From positions 54,211,607 to 54,275,606 of the forward strand of contig NC_057728.1 of assembly GCF_004010195.1 (NCBI RefSeq): 64,000 nucleotides of DNA, read 5' to 3'. The DNA is from Chiloscyllium plagiosum (Eukaryota). Below, in pieces: positions 24,521-36,942 of the stretch; position 1 is the stretch's first letter; every line of letters starts with the position of its first letter. The position numbers and the translations under genes are program-made. The notes beneath the pieces are model-generated. The model did no database searches. It worked only from the letters and a program-made list of their open reading frames with translations, and had not been told where the DNA came from.

Positions 24521-25179
24521 TTCATGTTTGAATTGCGGGCGGGGGGGGGGGGAAGCTACAGCTACAGCATTCCAAATTAGGTGGCAAATCAGATTAGCGA
24601 TTGTTTGGTTTAGATGTTTGCCATTAGATTAGATTACTTAAATCTGCAGAGTATACATTTACAAGCATACGTTTTACAATTTTACTGGTTTTATTTTCAG
24701 ATGTGTAGTCAAACATAAATTTAATTGACTAGCTAAGTTTAAAGCAGATGAAAGATAAGAATTTTTAGGGAGGGAATTCTATACCTTGCAGTCCAGATGG
24801 CTGAAGGCACATTATCAAGTGTTTAGACAAAGAAAATGGTGAGGAGTGCAAAGAAGATCACCGCTAAAGGAGACCAGAAGACAGCGAGAAAGTTCCCCAA
24901 AGAGAGACCAGGGTTTTGTATGCCAGCGTGAGACTTTTGTTCCGTGTTTGCAGCGTGTGCTCTGTCAGTGGAACCTCGTTTTCTCTTTACAACAATTGGG
25001 AGAAGGAAGAACGAATGGGTTATGCGTAATCCCAGCATTCCTTGCGGCGATGAAAGTGCTCTACATTAACCAGTGAAACCAGGAGAATGTATGCAGTGCG
25101 TTCACTGTACCTTCAAGCTCAAAGGAAACTGCTTTGATAATGTAAGTAAACAGACACTAGCATGCACTGTGCCTGTCCA

Positions 25180-25800
25180 GCTAGCTCGTCATTTTTGGCA
25201 CCCGCAGTTTAAAGATTCTTACCTGTCTTTTGCTTAGCCCTTCAAATACGATTGGTTGTTGATAGCATATAAAATTACGTAATAAGTTTATGTCTGGTTC
25301 GGAGCAAATGGATTTCACGGGGGCATTAGGGCGCCGGTCTGGAGCCTGAACCGAATCTTCCAGACTGAACGGCAGCAACGTCTTCAAAAATTCAAAATTG
25401 GCCGCCGGAGCGCACGCGGGTCAACACAGCTCAGCGCATGCGCAGACTGGAGAGGTTGGCGAAGGACGGAGCTCAGACACGCACGCGCTAGTATTGAGAG
25501 GCAGGATTGAAGCGCAGAGCACGGTGCGGGCATGCGCCTCCGGAGGGTGGCTTGAAGGCGGCTACACGTCCCATGGTGGAGTGTTGTTGCAGCTTGAGGC
25601 CGCGCGTTGTGGGATGGCGGACGGAGGTCCGGAAATCCTTTCTTAACGTTTCTCCGGTCCACCACCTTTGTGCGCCATGGCCTCCGCTCTGGTAAGGGAA
25701 AGAAGTGAAGGGTGAACGGTCGACGGGGCAGACCTTGAGGAGGCTGTTCGGCCCCTATCGCCTCTGCTTTCTCGGACAAGAATAGGCCTTTCATCCCGTC
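25180..25800 (+). promoter_or_regulatory. CpG-island promoter of POC1B with NRF1 palindrome GCGCATGCGC (25434-25443), inverted CCAAT boxes (25251, 25397), ETS-like CCGGAAA (25629) and YY1-like GATGGCGG (25613)
   Basis: Only markedly CpG/GC-rich non-repeat stretch in the window. It surrounds the POC1B ATG, and the motifs are read directly. Confidence 0.8.
25677..25691 (+). CDS. POC1B: POC1B coding exon 1 (MASAL)
   Basis: gcgccATGG strong Kozak context, 15 nt, then |gtaagg. Joins in frame to EDP of exon 2. Confidence 0.88.
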
Positions 25801-26359
25801 GAATCTGTTCTACAATTCAGTGAGATTATGACTGATTTGTGGTCTGGCTCCATATTCCGTAATACATTCGCTTAACAAAAGTTTATTTGCTTCAGTTTTA
25901 AAGTTGACAACTGATCTAGATTCTAATGCCGTTTGTTGAAGAGGGTTCTATAACCCTCTACCACCCTTTTTGCGTAGAAGTGAGATCTTTCCTGAATGAT
26001 CTGGCCTTAATTTTCCATCTATGTCCCCAGTTCTTGAGTTTCCAATCAATGAAAATAGTTTATATTTATTATCCTGTTGCTTTCTCGCCTGTTCCTTGAA
26101 GTAGTTATTCGCTTAGTCCCACTTCAACGCCATTGCTCTTTCCCTGCCAGCTTGCCGCTTTTCCAGCATTTGCCCTTTCATTGAATCTGCTTCCACTAAC
26201 TTTAAGGGGTTTGATTACAGATCATGACAACAATGTTTCCCCTCTGGTTCTTTTGCTGTCCTCTATGTTAGTGAATTAGTGAATATTGGAAAACAGCTAT
26301 TGTTAATAAAACTGAAAGACAAACTCAATAATTTGGGATGACCCAAAATTCTCTGGTGG

Positions 26360-26700
26360 AAATAAATTGATTATGAAGTGTAGTCACTGTTGTGAAACAA
26401 AGGGAAGCCACTACATTGATAGAAAGGACTCTGTAATATGACTGCGACCAAGTAACTGATTTCTTTTTAGGTTGACTGAGTAGTAAGAGTTGTTTGGCAG
26501 AGCATGACTAACTCCTCAACCTTTCTACAAAACAGTTCCAAGGGATTTTTACCACCCACTTGGATCCTTGGTTTAACTTCTTGTCTGAAAGACTCTACCT
26601 CTGATCATGCAGCACTTGGACGCTACATTTGACTCTCAGCCTAGACTTTTTAAAACCTGGTCTTTAGAGTCTCTGATTCTGTCTCAATAAGAGCACTCCC
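26360..26700 (-). mobile_element. Old DeuSINE-like SINE (second copy 42830-43330, interrupted by a CR1 tail at 42953-43095)
   Basis: Reverse complement resembles the Deu domain (agtgctgca...gtctttcaga...gttaaaccaagg...aaaaatccc), from recall. Confidence 0.5.
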
Positions 26701-26789
26701 CATTGGGTCATGCTGACACTTTGGGGATGCCAGTTGCTCTACGTACTGATTGTATTACATTGATAGGAAAAGACCAGCTGATTCATCAG

Positions 26790-27710
26790 AACATAGCAGG
26801 TATAGTTAGTAAATTTGCAGATGACACCAAAATTGGAGGCATGATAGACAGCAAACAAGGTTACGTCAGAGTACAACGGGATCTTGACCAGACGGGCCAA
26901 TGCGCTGAGGAATGTTAGATGGAGTTTAATTTAGATAAATGTGAGGTGCTGCATTTGTAAAAAGCAAATCAGAGCAGTACTTATACAGTTAAAGATCAGG
27001 TCCTAGGAAATGTTGCTGAACAAAGAGATCTTGGAGTTCTGGTTCATTGTTCCTTGAAAGTAGAGTCGCAGGTAGATAGGATAGTGAAGAAGGCATTTTG
27101 TATGCTTTCCTTCATTGGTCAGAATACTGAGTATAGGAGTTGGGAGGTCATATTGCGGCTGTATAGGATGTTGGTTAGGCCTCTTTTGGAATATTGCATG
27201 CAATTTTGGTCTCCTTCCTACCAGGAGGATGTTGTGAAACTTGAAAGGGTTCAGAAAAAATCGACAAGGATGTTGCCAGGGTTGGGGGATTTGAGCTATA
27301 GGGAGAGGCTGAGTTGGCTGGGTGTTTTCCCTGGACCTTCGGAGGCGGATGGGTGATCTTATACAGGTTTATAAAATCATGAGGGGCTTGGATAGTATAA
27401 ATAGAAAAGGTCTTTTCCCCTGGGGTGAAGGAGTCCAGAATGAGAGGACATAGGTTTAGGGTGAGAGGGGAAAGATATAAAAGGGTCCTAAGGAGCAACT
27501 TTTGCACACCGAGGGTGGTGCATGCATGGAATGAGCTACGAGAGGAAGTGGTGGAGGCCGGTACATTTGCAACATTTAAAAGGCATCTGGATGGGTATAT
27601 GAATAGGGTTTAAAGGGATATGGGCCAAGTGCTGGCAAATGGGAGTAGATTAGATTGGGAATCTGGTCAGCTTTGACGAGTTGGACCGAAGGGTCTGTTT
27701 CCATGCTGTA
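26790..27710 (+). mobile_element. 5'-truncated CR1 LINE
   Basis: [11 protein letters not shown] motif followed by the RT C-terminus and 3' tail. Confidence 0.9.
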
Positions 27711-27711
27711 C

Positions 27712-27995
27712 GTGGTTAGCATTGCTGCCTCACAGTGCCAGGGATGTGAGTTCAATTCCCGCCTCAGTCAACTGTCTGTGTGGAGTTTGCACATTCTCCC
27801 CGTGTCTGTGTGGATTTCCTCCGGGTGCTCTGGTTTCCTCCCACAGTCCAAAGACGTGCAGGTTAGGTGAATTGGCCATGCTAAATTGCCTGTAGCGTTA
27901 GGTGTAAGGAAATGGGTCTGGGTGGGTTGCTCTTCAGTAGGTCAGTGTGGACTTGTTGGGCCCAAGGGCCTGTTTCCACACTGTAGGGAATCTAG
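27712..27995 (+). mobile_element. HE1-type V-SINE (5'-truncated)
   Basis: tRNA-like head plus V-domain gtgtggagtttgcacattctcccc...ggtttcctcccacagtccaaaga. Confidence 0.85.
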
Positions 27996-28061
27996 TCTTT
28001 TAAAAAAAAAAATCAGAAATCATGACAACTTAAACTCATGGACTAACCTATCCTTTAGATT

Positions 28062-31000
28062 CTGGGTAATCCAAGATGGGAGGATGGGAGAAAGTTCTGG
28101 CTGTAACAGCTGTTCCTTTTTTTTTTGGAGGTATTTTAGGTGCTGGAGGTGATTTCCTTGAATTCCAGGAGCAGCAATTACTGTTTTATATGCTGTTTCT
28201 TTGTTTTGGAACCTTGGAGGGGAAAATAAAGTCAAAACAACAGCCCTATTAAAAGGGAGAAAAGCAGTCAAAGGAAGCACATGGTGAGGTCATTGCAAAG
28301 GAGAGAGAGAACCTGCACAGTTACTGCCTTTGCTGTTTGAATTAATTGTCGCTGGACGTTGGAGTGCATCTGGGAAAATTAACAAACAGTGAAATTCACA
28401 ACTGATCTTGGAGGAACTGTTGGGTGAAGTTCACAGCACAGAATCAGATAAGTTAATCGTTGTTTTTAAGTGTGGCCTACAGAGAATCTGCAGTAGGGAG
28501 TAGAGTGGGTTCTTTCTTGATTATGTTTTTGGAGATATGTCTCTTGATTAAACTTTAGCCATAACTATTAATTTAACCTGGGGCAGTGTTTGTAGAGGAA
28601 TAAGATGGTGTTATTTTCTGGGTCTGTAGATTGTGAAGGAGCAAAAATGGCCTTTGCAGTGATATGTACTACTTGTCAGATGTGGGAGTTTAAAGAGAGT
28701 TTAAGGGTTACTGCGGATTATATCTGCCATAAAATGCTGTTAGCTGCGAATCTTATTAGATCGAGTGGATCGGTTGGAGAGACAGTTAGAAGCGATGAGG
28801 AATTTGGAACAGCAACAGTATGTGATGGATGGCAGTTATAGGAAGGGGGAAAGTCTCGGATACAGTCACATAGATGGGTTAACTCCAGGAAAGGTAAGCG
28901 AGGTAGGCACCTAGTGCAGGAGCCTTTTGTGGATATACCTATTTCTAACAGGTATGCTGTTTTGGAAAATGTAGTTGGTGATGGATTCTCAGGGGAACGT
29001 GGCACGAACAGCCACGTTTCTGGTATTGAGACTGGCTCTAATGCAACAAGGGGTACATCAGCTTCCAAGAGATCAATTGTGTTAGGCGATTCTCTAGTCA
29101 GAGGTATAGACAGATGTTTCTGTGGCCAGCAGCGAAAAAGCAGAATGGTGTGTTGCTTCCCTGGTGCCAGGATCAAGGATGTCTCAGAGAAGGTGCATGG
29201 GGGAGAGGGGCCAGCAAGAGGTCATTGTCCCTATTGGAACCAACGAAATAGGAAGGGGAAAGGTTGAGATTCTGAAGGGAGATTACATAGAGTTAGGCCG
29301 AAATTTAAAAAGGAGGTCCTCGAGTAGTAATATCTGGATTACTCCCGGTGCTACGAGCTAGTGAGGGCAGGAATAGGAGGTTAGAGCAGATGAATGCATG
29401 GCTGAGGAGGTGGTATATAGGAGAAAGATTTAGATTTATATTTTCGGATCATTGCAATCTCTTTTGGGGTAGAAGTGACCTCTACAAGAAGGACAGATTG
29501 CACCTAAATTGGAAGTGTTCTAATATACTGGCAAGGAAATTTGCTCGAGCTGCTCGGGAGGATTAAACTAGTAACGTGGGGGGGTGGGACCCAGGGAGAT
29601 GGTGAGGAAAGAGATCAACCTGAGACTGGTACAGTTGAGAACAGAAGTGAGTCAAACAGTTAGGGCAGGCAGGGACAAGGTAGGACTAATAAATTAAATT
29701 GCATTTATTTCAATGCAAGGGGCCTAACATGGAAGGCAGATGAACTCGGGGCATGGTTGGGAACATGGGACTGGGATATCATAGCAATTATGGAAACATG
29801 GCTCACGGATGGGCAGGACTGGTAGCTTAATGTTCCAGGATACAAATGTTACAGGAAGAATAGAAAGGGAGTCAAGAAAGGAGGGAGAGTGGCATTTTTC
29901 ATAAGGGATAGCATTACAGCTGTACTGAGGGAGGATATTCCCGGAAATACATTCAGAGAAGTTATTTGGGTGGAACAGAGAAATAAAAAAGGGATGATAA
30001 CCTTATTGGGATTGTATTATAGACTCCCGAATAGTCAGAGGGAAATTGAGAAACAAACTTGTAAGGAGATCTCGGCTATCTGTAAGAATAATAGGGTAGT
30101 TATGGTGGGGGATTTTAACTTTCCCAAACATAGACTGAGACTGCTATAGTGTCAAGGGTTCAGATGGAGAGGAATTTAAGTGTGTACAAGACAATTTTCT
30201 AATTCAATATGTGGATGTACCTACGAGAGAAGGTGCAAAACTTGACCTACTCTTGGGAAATAAGGCAGGGCAGGTGACTGAGGTGTCAGTGGGAGAGCAC
30301 TTTGGGGCCAGTAACCATAATTCTAATAGATTTAAAATAGTGATCGAAAAGAATAGACCAGATCTAAAAGTTGCAGTTCTAAATTTGAGAAAGTCCAATT
30401 TTGACAGTACCAGGCAAGAACTTTGGAAAACTGATTGGGGGCAGATGTTCGCAGGTAAAGGGACGGCTGGAAAATGAGAAGCCTTCAGAAATGAGATAAC
30501 CAGAGTCCAGAGAAAGTAAATTCCTATTAGGGTGAAAAGAGAGGCTGGTGGGTATAGGGAATGGTAGATGACTAAAACAATTGAGGGTTTGGTTAAGAAA
30601 AAGGAGGAAGCATATGTAAGGTATAGACAGGATAGATCGAATGAATCCTTAGAGTATAAAAGCAGTAGAAGTTTACTTAAGAGGGAAGTCGGGAGGGCAA
30701 AAAGGGGACATGAGATAGCTTTGGCAAATAGAATTAAGGAGAATCCATAGAGTTTTTACAAATACATTAAGGACAAAAGGGTAACTAGGCAGAGAATAGG
30801 GCCCCTAGAAAGATCAGCAAGGCGGCCTATGTGTGGAGCCGCAGAAAATGGGGGAGATACTAAACGAGTATTTTGCATCAGTACTTACTGTGGAAAAGGA
30901 TATGGAAGATATTGACTGTCGGGAAATAGATGGTGGCATCTTGCAAAATGTCCAGATTACAGAGGAGGAAGTGCTGGATGTCTTGAAACTGGTAAAGGTG

Positions 31001-32568
31001 GATAAATCCCCAGGACCTGATCAGGTGTACCTGAGAACTCTGTGGAAAGCTAGAGAAGTGATTGCTGGGCCTCTTGCTGAGATATTCGTATCATCGATAG
31101 TCACAGGTGAGGTGCCGGAAGACTGGAGGTTGGCAAACGTGGTGTCACTGTTTAAGAAGGGTGGTAAGGACAAGCCAGGGAACTATAAGTCAGTGAGTCT
31201 GACCTTGGTGCTGGGCAAGTTGTTGGAGGGAATCCTGAGGGACAGGATGTACATGTATCTGGAAAGGCAAGAATTGATTAGGGATAGTCAACATGGCTTT
31301 GTGCTTAGGAAATCATGTCTCTCAAAGTTGATTGCGTTTTTTGAAGAAGTAACAAAGACGATTGATGAGAGCAGAGCAGTAGACGTGATGTATATAGACT
31401 TCAGTAAGGCATTCGACAAGGTTCCCCATGGGAGACTGGTTAGCAAGGTTAGATCTCTCGGAATACGGGGAGAACTAGCCATTTGGATACAGAACTGGCT
31501 CAAAGGTAGAAGACACGGTGGTGGTGGAGCGTTGTTGTTCAGACTGGAGGCCTGTGACCAGTGGAGTCCCACAAGGATCAGTGCTTGGTCCTCTACTTTT
31601 TGCCATTTATGTAAATGATTTGGATACGAGCATAAGAGATACGAGTAAGTTTGCAGATGACACCAAAATTGGATGTGTGGTGGACAGCAAAGAGGGTTAC
31701 CTCAGATTACAACAGGATCTTCATCAGATGGATCAGTGGGCTTAGACGTGGCATATGGAGTTTAATTCAGATAAATGTGAGGTGCTGCATTTTCGGAAAG
31801 CAAATCTTAGCAGGACTTATACACTTAATGGTAATGTCCTAGGGAGTGTTGTTGAACAAAGAGATTGTGGAGTGCAGGTTCATAGCTCCTTGAAAGTGGA
31901 GTTGCAGGTAGATAGGATAGTAAAGAAGGCATTTGATATGCTTTCTTTTATTGGTCAGAGTATTGAGTACAGGAGTTGGGAGGTCATGTTGCGGCTGTAC
32001 AGGACATTGGTTAGGCCATTTTTGGAATATTGCGTGCAATTCTGATCTTCCTATCGAAAAGATGTTGTGAAACTTGAAAGGGTTCAAAAAAGATTTACAA
32101 GGATGTTGCCAGGGCTGGAGGATTTGATCTATAGGGGGAGGCTTAACAGGCTGGAGCTGTTTTCCCTGGAGTGTCGGAGGCTGAGGGGTGACCTTATAGA
32201 GGTTTACAAAATTATGGGGGGCATGGATAGGGTAAATAGACAAAGTCTTCTCCCTGGGGTCGGGGAGTCCAGAACTAGAGGGCATAGGTTTAGGGTGAGA
32301 GGGGAAAGATATAAAAGAGACCTCAGGGGCAAACTTTTTCACACAGTGGTAAGTGTATGGGATGAGCTGCCAGAGGAAGTGGTGGAGGCTGGTACAACTG
32401 CAACATTTAAGAGGCATTTGGATGGGTATATGAAAAGGAAAGGTTTTGGAGGGATATGGGCTGGGTGCTGGCAGGTGGGACTAGATTGGGTTGGGATATC
32501 TGGTTGGCATGGACTGGTTGGACCGAAGGGTCTATTTCCATGCTGTACATCTCTATGACTCTGTGACT
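28062..32568 (+). mobile_element. Near full-length, inactivated CR1 LINE: 5' UTR, ORF1 (Cys cluster + SGNH esterase, ~28647-29566), ORF2 (APE + RT, ~29690-32470), (ctctatga)n tail
   Basis: ORF1 remnants VICTTCQMWE, SIVLGDSLVRG, CFPGARIKDV, IGTNEI; ORF2 remnants [17 protein letters not shown]; several stops and frameshifts. The 5' boundary is approximate. Confidence 0.9.
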
Positions 32569-34169
32569 GTATTATTCTATCTGCCCTATGTCACGCTTGC
32601 TGGAGAGTTATGATTAAACATATGTAACATCAATTAGTTCCTCTGCATCAGTTTTGATTTCAATAATATTTAACCATTTCTCTATCTAAACTGCAACTAA
32701 ACAAATGATCAGCAAAACCATGTAGAATAAGAAATGTAATACCTGATTTTACATAAAAATACGTGGAGTGGATCTAAATTGAGATATTGACTATAAGAAA
32801 GTGTATTTATTTAAATTAATTTGCGTGATGTCAATATTGCTAGCTGGCCAGCATTTCTTACCCATCCTTTATTGCCCTTGAAAAGGAGGTGGTGATCTTA
32901 TTGTTTTAGAGGGACTATACACAAAAATAGTCTTATATTATGTTCATAGCCTTCGGTAATACATTGATTTCAACAATATGCCATTACTGACAAAACTAGT
33001 TTGATAGTGTAAACAGAGTGAAAGTGTGACCTTTCCTGGTCTGAAGTACAAATAATGCCTAATGGAAATTGCATATTTAATCTAGTGATCAATTAATGCT
33101 CAGGACATGCAATCACACATTATATAGATAAGCTTTCATTCAATTTGAGATGAGGTTTGACCAGTAACTGGGTTTTTAAAGTTATGCTTTCATGGGAGTT
33201 GCGTGTCGCTAATAAGCGTGTTGCCTATCCCCAATTGCCTTTGAACTGAGTGCCTTGCTTGGCCACTTGAGTGTGCAATTAAGAGTCAACCACGTTGTTG
33301 GTTGTCTAAATTCACATATTGGCCAGACGAGGTAAGAATGGTAAAATAATTCAATGAACTAGATGGGATTAAATGATATTGATAGTTGTCATGGTCACCA
33401 ATACAGAGATGCACTTTCAATTCCAGATTTTTATCAATTGAATTTAAATGACATGAAATCACTTTTTTTCTCTAATTTCCCTCATCCGTTGAACCAGTCT
33501 TATGTTTTCTGCATCCTCTCCAAAGCATTAACATTGCCAGCATTGAACAGTTACCATTGAAGCCAAACCACATTTTTGTCTAAGTTCATTATAACTTCTT
33601 CACTTTTAAATTCTGTGCCTTTTTTTTATAAATCCAGGATCCTGAATGCTTATTTAACCATTTTCTCAACATTCTCTGCTTTGAAAGAATTGTACGCATA
33701 TCTATAGTTGTCTTTGCTCCATTTAGAATTATATCATTTATTTCATAATGTTTTTCCTCATTCTTTCTGCCAAAATGTATCAGTTCTCTCGATTAGACTT
33801 TGTGTGCCACAAGTAAACCCATGCCACATACTTGTCTGTGTCCTATTATTTGAACTGAAGCAACATCTTCTGAGCTACACTGACATGCCTTTTAAAGGAA
33901 TCTCACTTGCAAAATATAAAAAAAATTCTTTCTTTCCATTTTGATTCTGTTAAAAACTAACTACATTATCTTCAATCCTAAAACAACCTTCCATTGTCAA
34001 AAATCACAGCCTTGTATCCTTTAAGAATGAAATAAATTATACTATGGGTTACTATACAGTTCCTACAGACAAAAATAAAGGTTTCAGCCTCAATATTTGA
34101 AAATATAACTGGAAAATCATATTAGTCATACATTTTTGAGAGGCAGTTGGAGTGTTCCAGTAAAATTAA

Positions 34170-34325
34170 ACGGAACTGCAGATGCTGAAGATCTGAAACA
34201 GAAACAAAGTGCTGGGAAACTCAGCAGTCTGGCAGCATCTGCAGAGAGAAAAACAGAGATAATATTTACTAGACTTGAAATGCTGCCAGACCTGATGAGT
34301 TTCTCCAGTACTTTCTGTTTTTGTG
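34170..34325. mobile_element. Decayed fold-back element related to the 43381 family (further fragments near 36570-36680, 36790-36860, 40689-40780, 42075-42170, 50470-50550)
   Basis: gctgggaaactcagcagtctggcagcat ... atgctgccagacctgatgagtttctccag inverted pair, plus a ctgcagatgctg tail. Confidence 0.6.
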
Positions 34326-35214
34326 TAATATCCCAGTGCTCTATCTGTGTAAAATATCTACCTTAATTTAGCAGTTGTCTGCCCCAAGATAATTGCACCA
34401 TGACTAAATGGGAAAATGTTAACTTTATGGTTACACTGAGATAATTCCACAAAAAAGTGTGATCAAAAACTTAAAGCACCATCTACATATCGTCAAAGGA
34501 TTGCAGAAAATATTTGCAATTCTTGGCTGCCACAAGCTAATCCACATTTTGCTTCAGTAGAAACTGAAAACTACAGGTGTAGCTGAAATGTGAAAATTCC
34601 TCTTTATTTGTATTTTAATCAACATTTTCTTGTGCACCACAGTTTTAAAAGTTTAATTTAGATTTGTGTTTTCATGGACTGCATACAAGAATATTTTAAT
34701 AAACTTTATAGCTGTTAATGTGTGGTCAGCTTTATCTTTGTCCATTAATTATTCTCTTTGCTGAACATGCAACTTACCACAAAGCCTTAAAATGCTATGT
34801 AGACACATTTTTTTGAAGGCACTCAAATCCAACAGTTTTTTGAAATCTGAGGCATTATTCTTGTCTGGTTTTGATTTACGTTTGATGCAACCAACTGAGC
34901 AAATTATACAAAATTTTCAATTTGGGAATACTCAATTTCTTCAACATTTTGATCTCGAACACTAATTAATGTGGGATTTTGGATGGATTTGGAATTACAG
35001 CTGAAATATATAGTTCTCTGGTTGAATTGAGTTGTGTTAAGTATGATAGGTAATAAAGATTCCGTTTCAGAATATTTGAACTGGAATCACAATTTGTGGA
35101 AAGATCATAAGTCTCAGATGATGCTTAGTTTTTAGCAAAGACAAGTTTTATTTCACTTTATTTGGCAATGAACAATGGAATAAAGTAAGGTATTTAACTT
35201 TTTTACTATCCTAG

Positions 35215-35299
35215 GAGGATCCAAACTTAGAACACAACTTTAAAGGTCATAAAGATGTGGTCACCAGTGTTGATTTTAACCCAAACAACAAGCAGCTAG
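35215..35299 (+). CDS. POC1B: POC1B exon 2 ([28 protein letters not shown])
   Basis: cctag| acceptor, |gtaagt donor, 85 nt. Start of the first WD40 repeat. Confidence 0.95.
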
Positions 35300-35758
35300 G
35301 TAAGTGCTAGATATTTTGCATGGTATAACAGAAACCTAAGCACAGAAGGAGAGCATTTTTGTCTATCAAACTTGTGCTTCTCGTGGCTCTATTGCTTAGC
35401 TTTACATTGTAGTCCACTCCTCTTCCACTTGCCAGTTCCCAGATATCCTTATACCCTTAAGTTTAAGCTTCTGTGAACATTTAACTAATGTTAAAGGCAT
35501 TGTTTCTATGCAAATTGTTAAGCATAGAGAGAACCCGTAAATGGAGTTGGAAATTAATGTCAAAAATTTCTACAGTTACGTAATTCACATGTGAAAAAAC
35601 ACTGTAGGAAGCTCCTGTACTAACACCTTTTGGTGTATTTGGTGTCATATCTAGGTTTATGTCAATTTCTTGCCAGTTTGCGATTGCTGAACATTTGAAT
35701 TGACTTTTTGTTGTTTAATTGAGATAATTGAATTTACTCATTGAATTGAGTCAGGTTA

Positions 35759-36499
35759 AGAGATATGTATGTATTTCTAATATTTAAATAGGAATCTTAA
35801 AATTAACATTGGCAGACTATAAAAGGACAGGTTGAGAGGTGATAGGATTGCTGATTTTGGAATTCCAAAGGGACTAATTAATGTTGACCTTGACAAACTA
35901 TTTCACCTTGTCTAGAGCAAGTTGACAGTGTTTCAAGCAGAATAAATTGAAAACCATCAGTGGAGACAGCAATTCATTGAGTGGAGCAAACTCCCACTGG
36001 AGCCAATAAATAGTTACTATTGATTCAAATGCAAATTAGATAACATTTGCTGCCAGAATAGTATTTTGTTATTTACTGCATCTCAAACACTTAGTCTGTA
36101 TCCCAAAATGTTACACAGAATAAGTGTTTGAGATGCAATAAATGTGGCAAGTGTAGGTCAGTGCAGTGATGGTGTACCTAGCTCTGAGCCAAGTGGCTCA
36201 GGTTCAAGTCACACCTGCTCCAGACTTGTGTGATAACGTCTCTGAACTGGGTTGATTAGGAAATATCCATCAAACATGAGACTTGACCACTGAAATACCG
36301 CATTACTTGGAATTTTCTTTACAGCATCTCTATGCTACTGAAATTCTAATTGATAGAGATATGTATGTATTTCTAATATTTAAATAGGAATCTTAAAATT
36401 AACATTGGCAGACTATAAAAGGACAGGTTGAGAAGTGATAGGATTGCTGATTTTGGGATTCCAAAGGGACTAATTAATGTTGACCTTGACAAGCTATTT
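35759..36499 (+). repeat. 145-bp direct repeat pair (35759-35903 and 36355-36499), 3 mismatches
   Basis: Read directly; the offset is 596 bp. Confidence 0.95.
36155..36270 (+). mobile_element. Short tRNA-headed repeat (~110 bp; related copies 48225-48325 on -, 50655-50760 and 59380-59485 on +)
   Basis: Shared ctctgagcca...ggttcaagtc..cctgctcca...gttgatta.aaatatc pattern with a B-box-like motif. Confidence 0.55.
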
Positions 36500-36942
36500 G
36501 CTGTAATTAGTCTTCAACACCAATTTGTCATGTGATTTCCAAAATACCAAAAGGTGGGCTAGATAGATACAAAAATATAATGTACTACAGAAACTGAGCA
36601 CATCTGGTAGCATCTGTGAAAAGAGAAGTAGAGTTAACACTTTGAGTTTAATATGACTATTCTGCAGAACTGGGTGAAATGAAGTTAAGCATAAGGGCGA
36701 ATGCCAAAATTCTCCCCTTTTGTAATTATTGTCCTGTCTACATGCCAGCTTGCCTTCAATCCTCCGAATTGAATTTAACGCTAAACAAAACAAAAACAAA
36801 GAACTGCAGATGCTGGAAATCATTAATAAAATTGTAAACAACTGGAAAAACTCAGCAAGATCACCTATCTTTTACACGTTCACCTTCCCTCCATCCCTTC
36901 TCTACTCTGCCTTCTCTCCACAAATGCTGCCTGCTGCCACTC

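Noticed and set aside
25384..25794. 136-aa antisense ORF across the promoter
   Set aside because: Expected by chance in a GC-rich CpG island; no recognisable protein.
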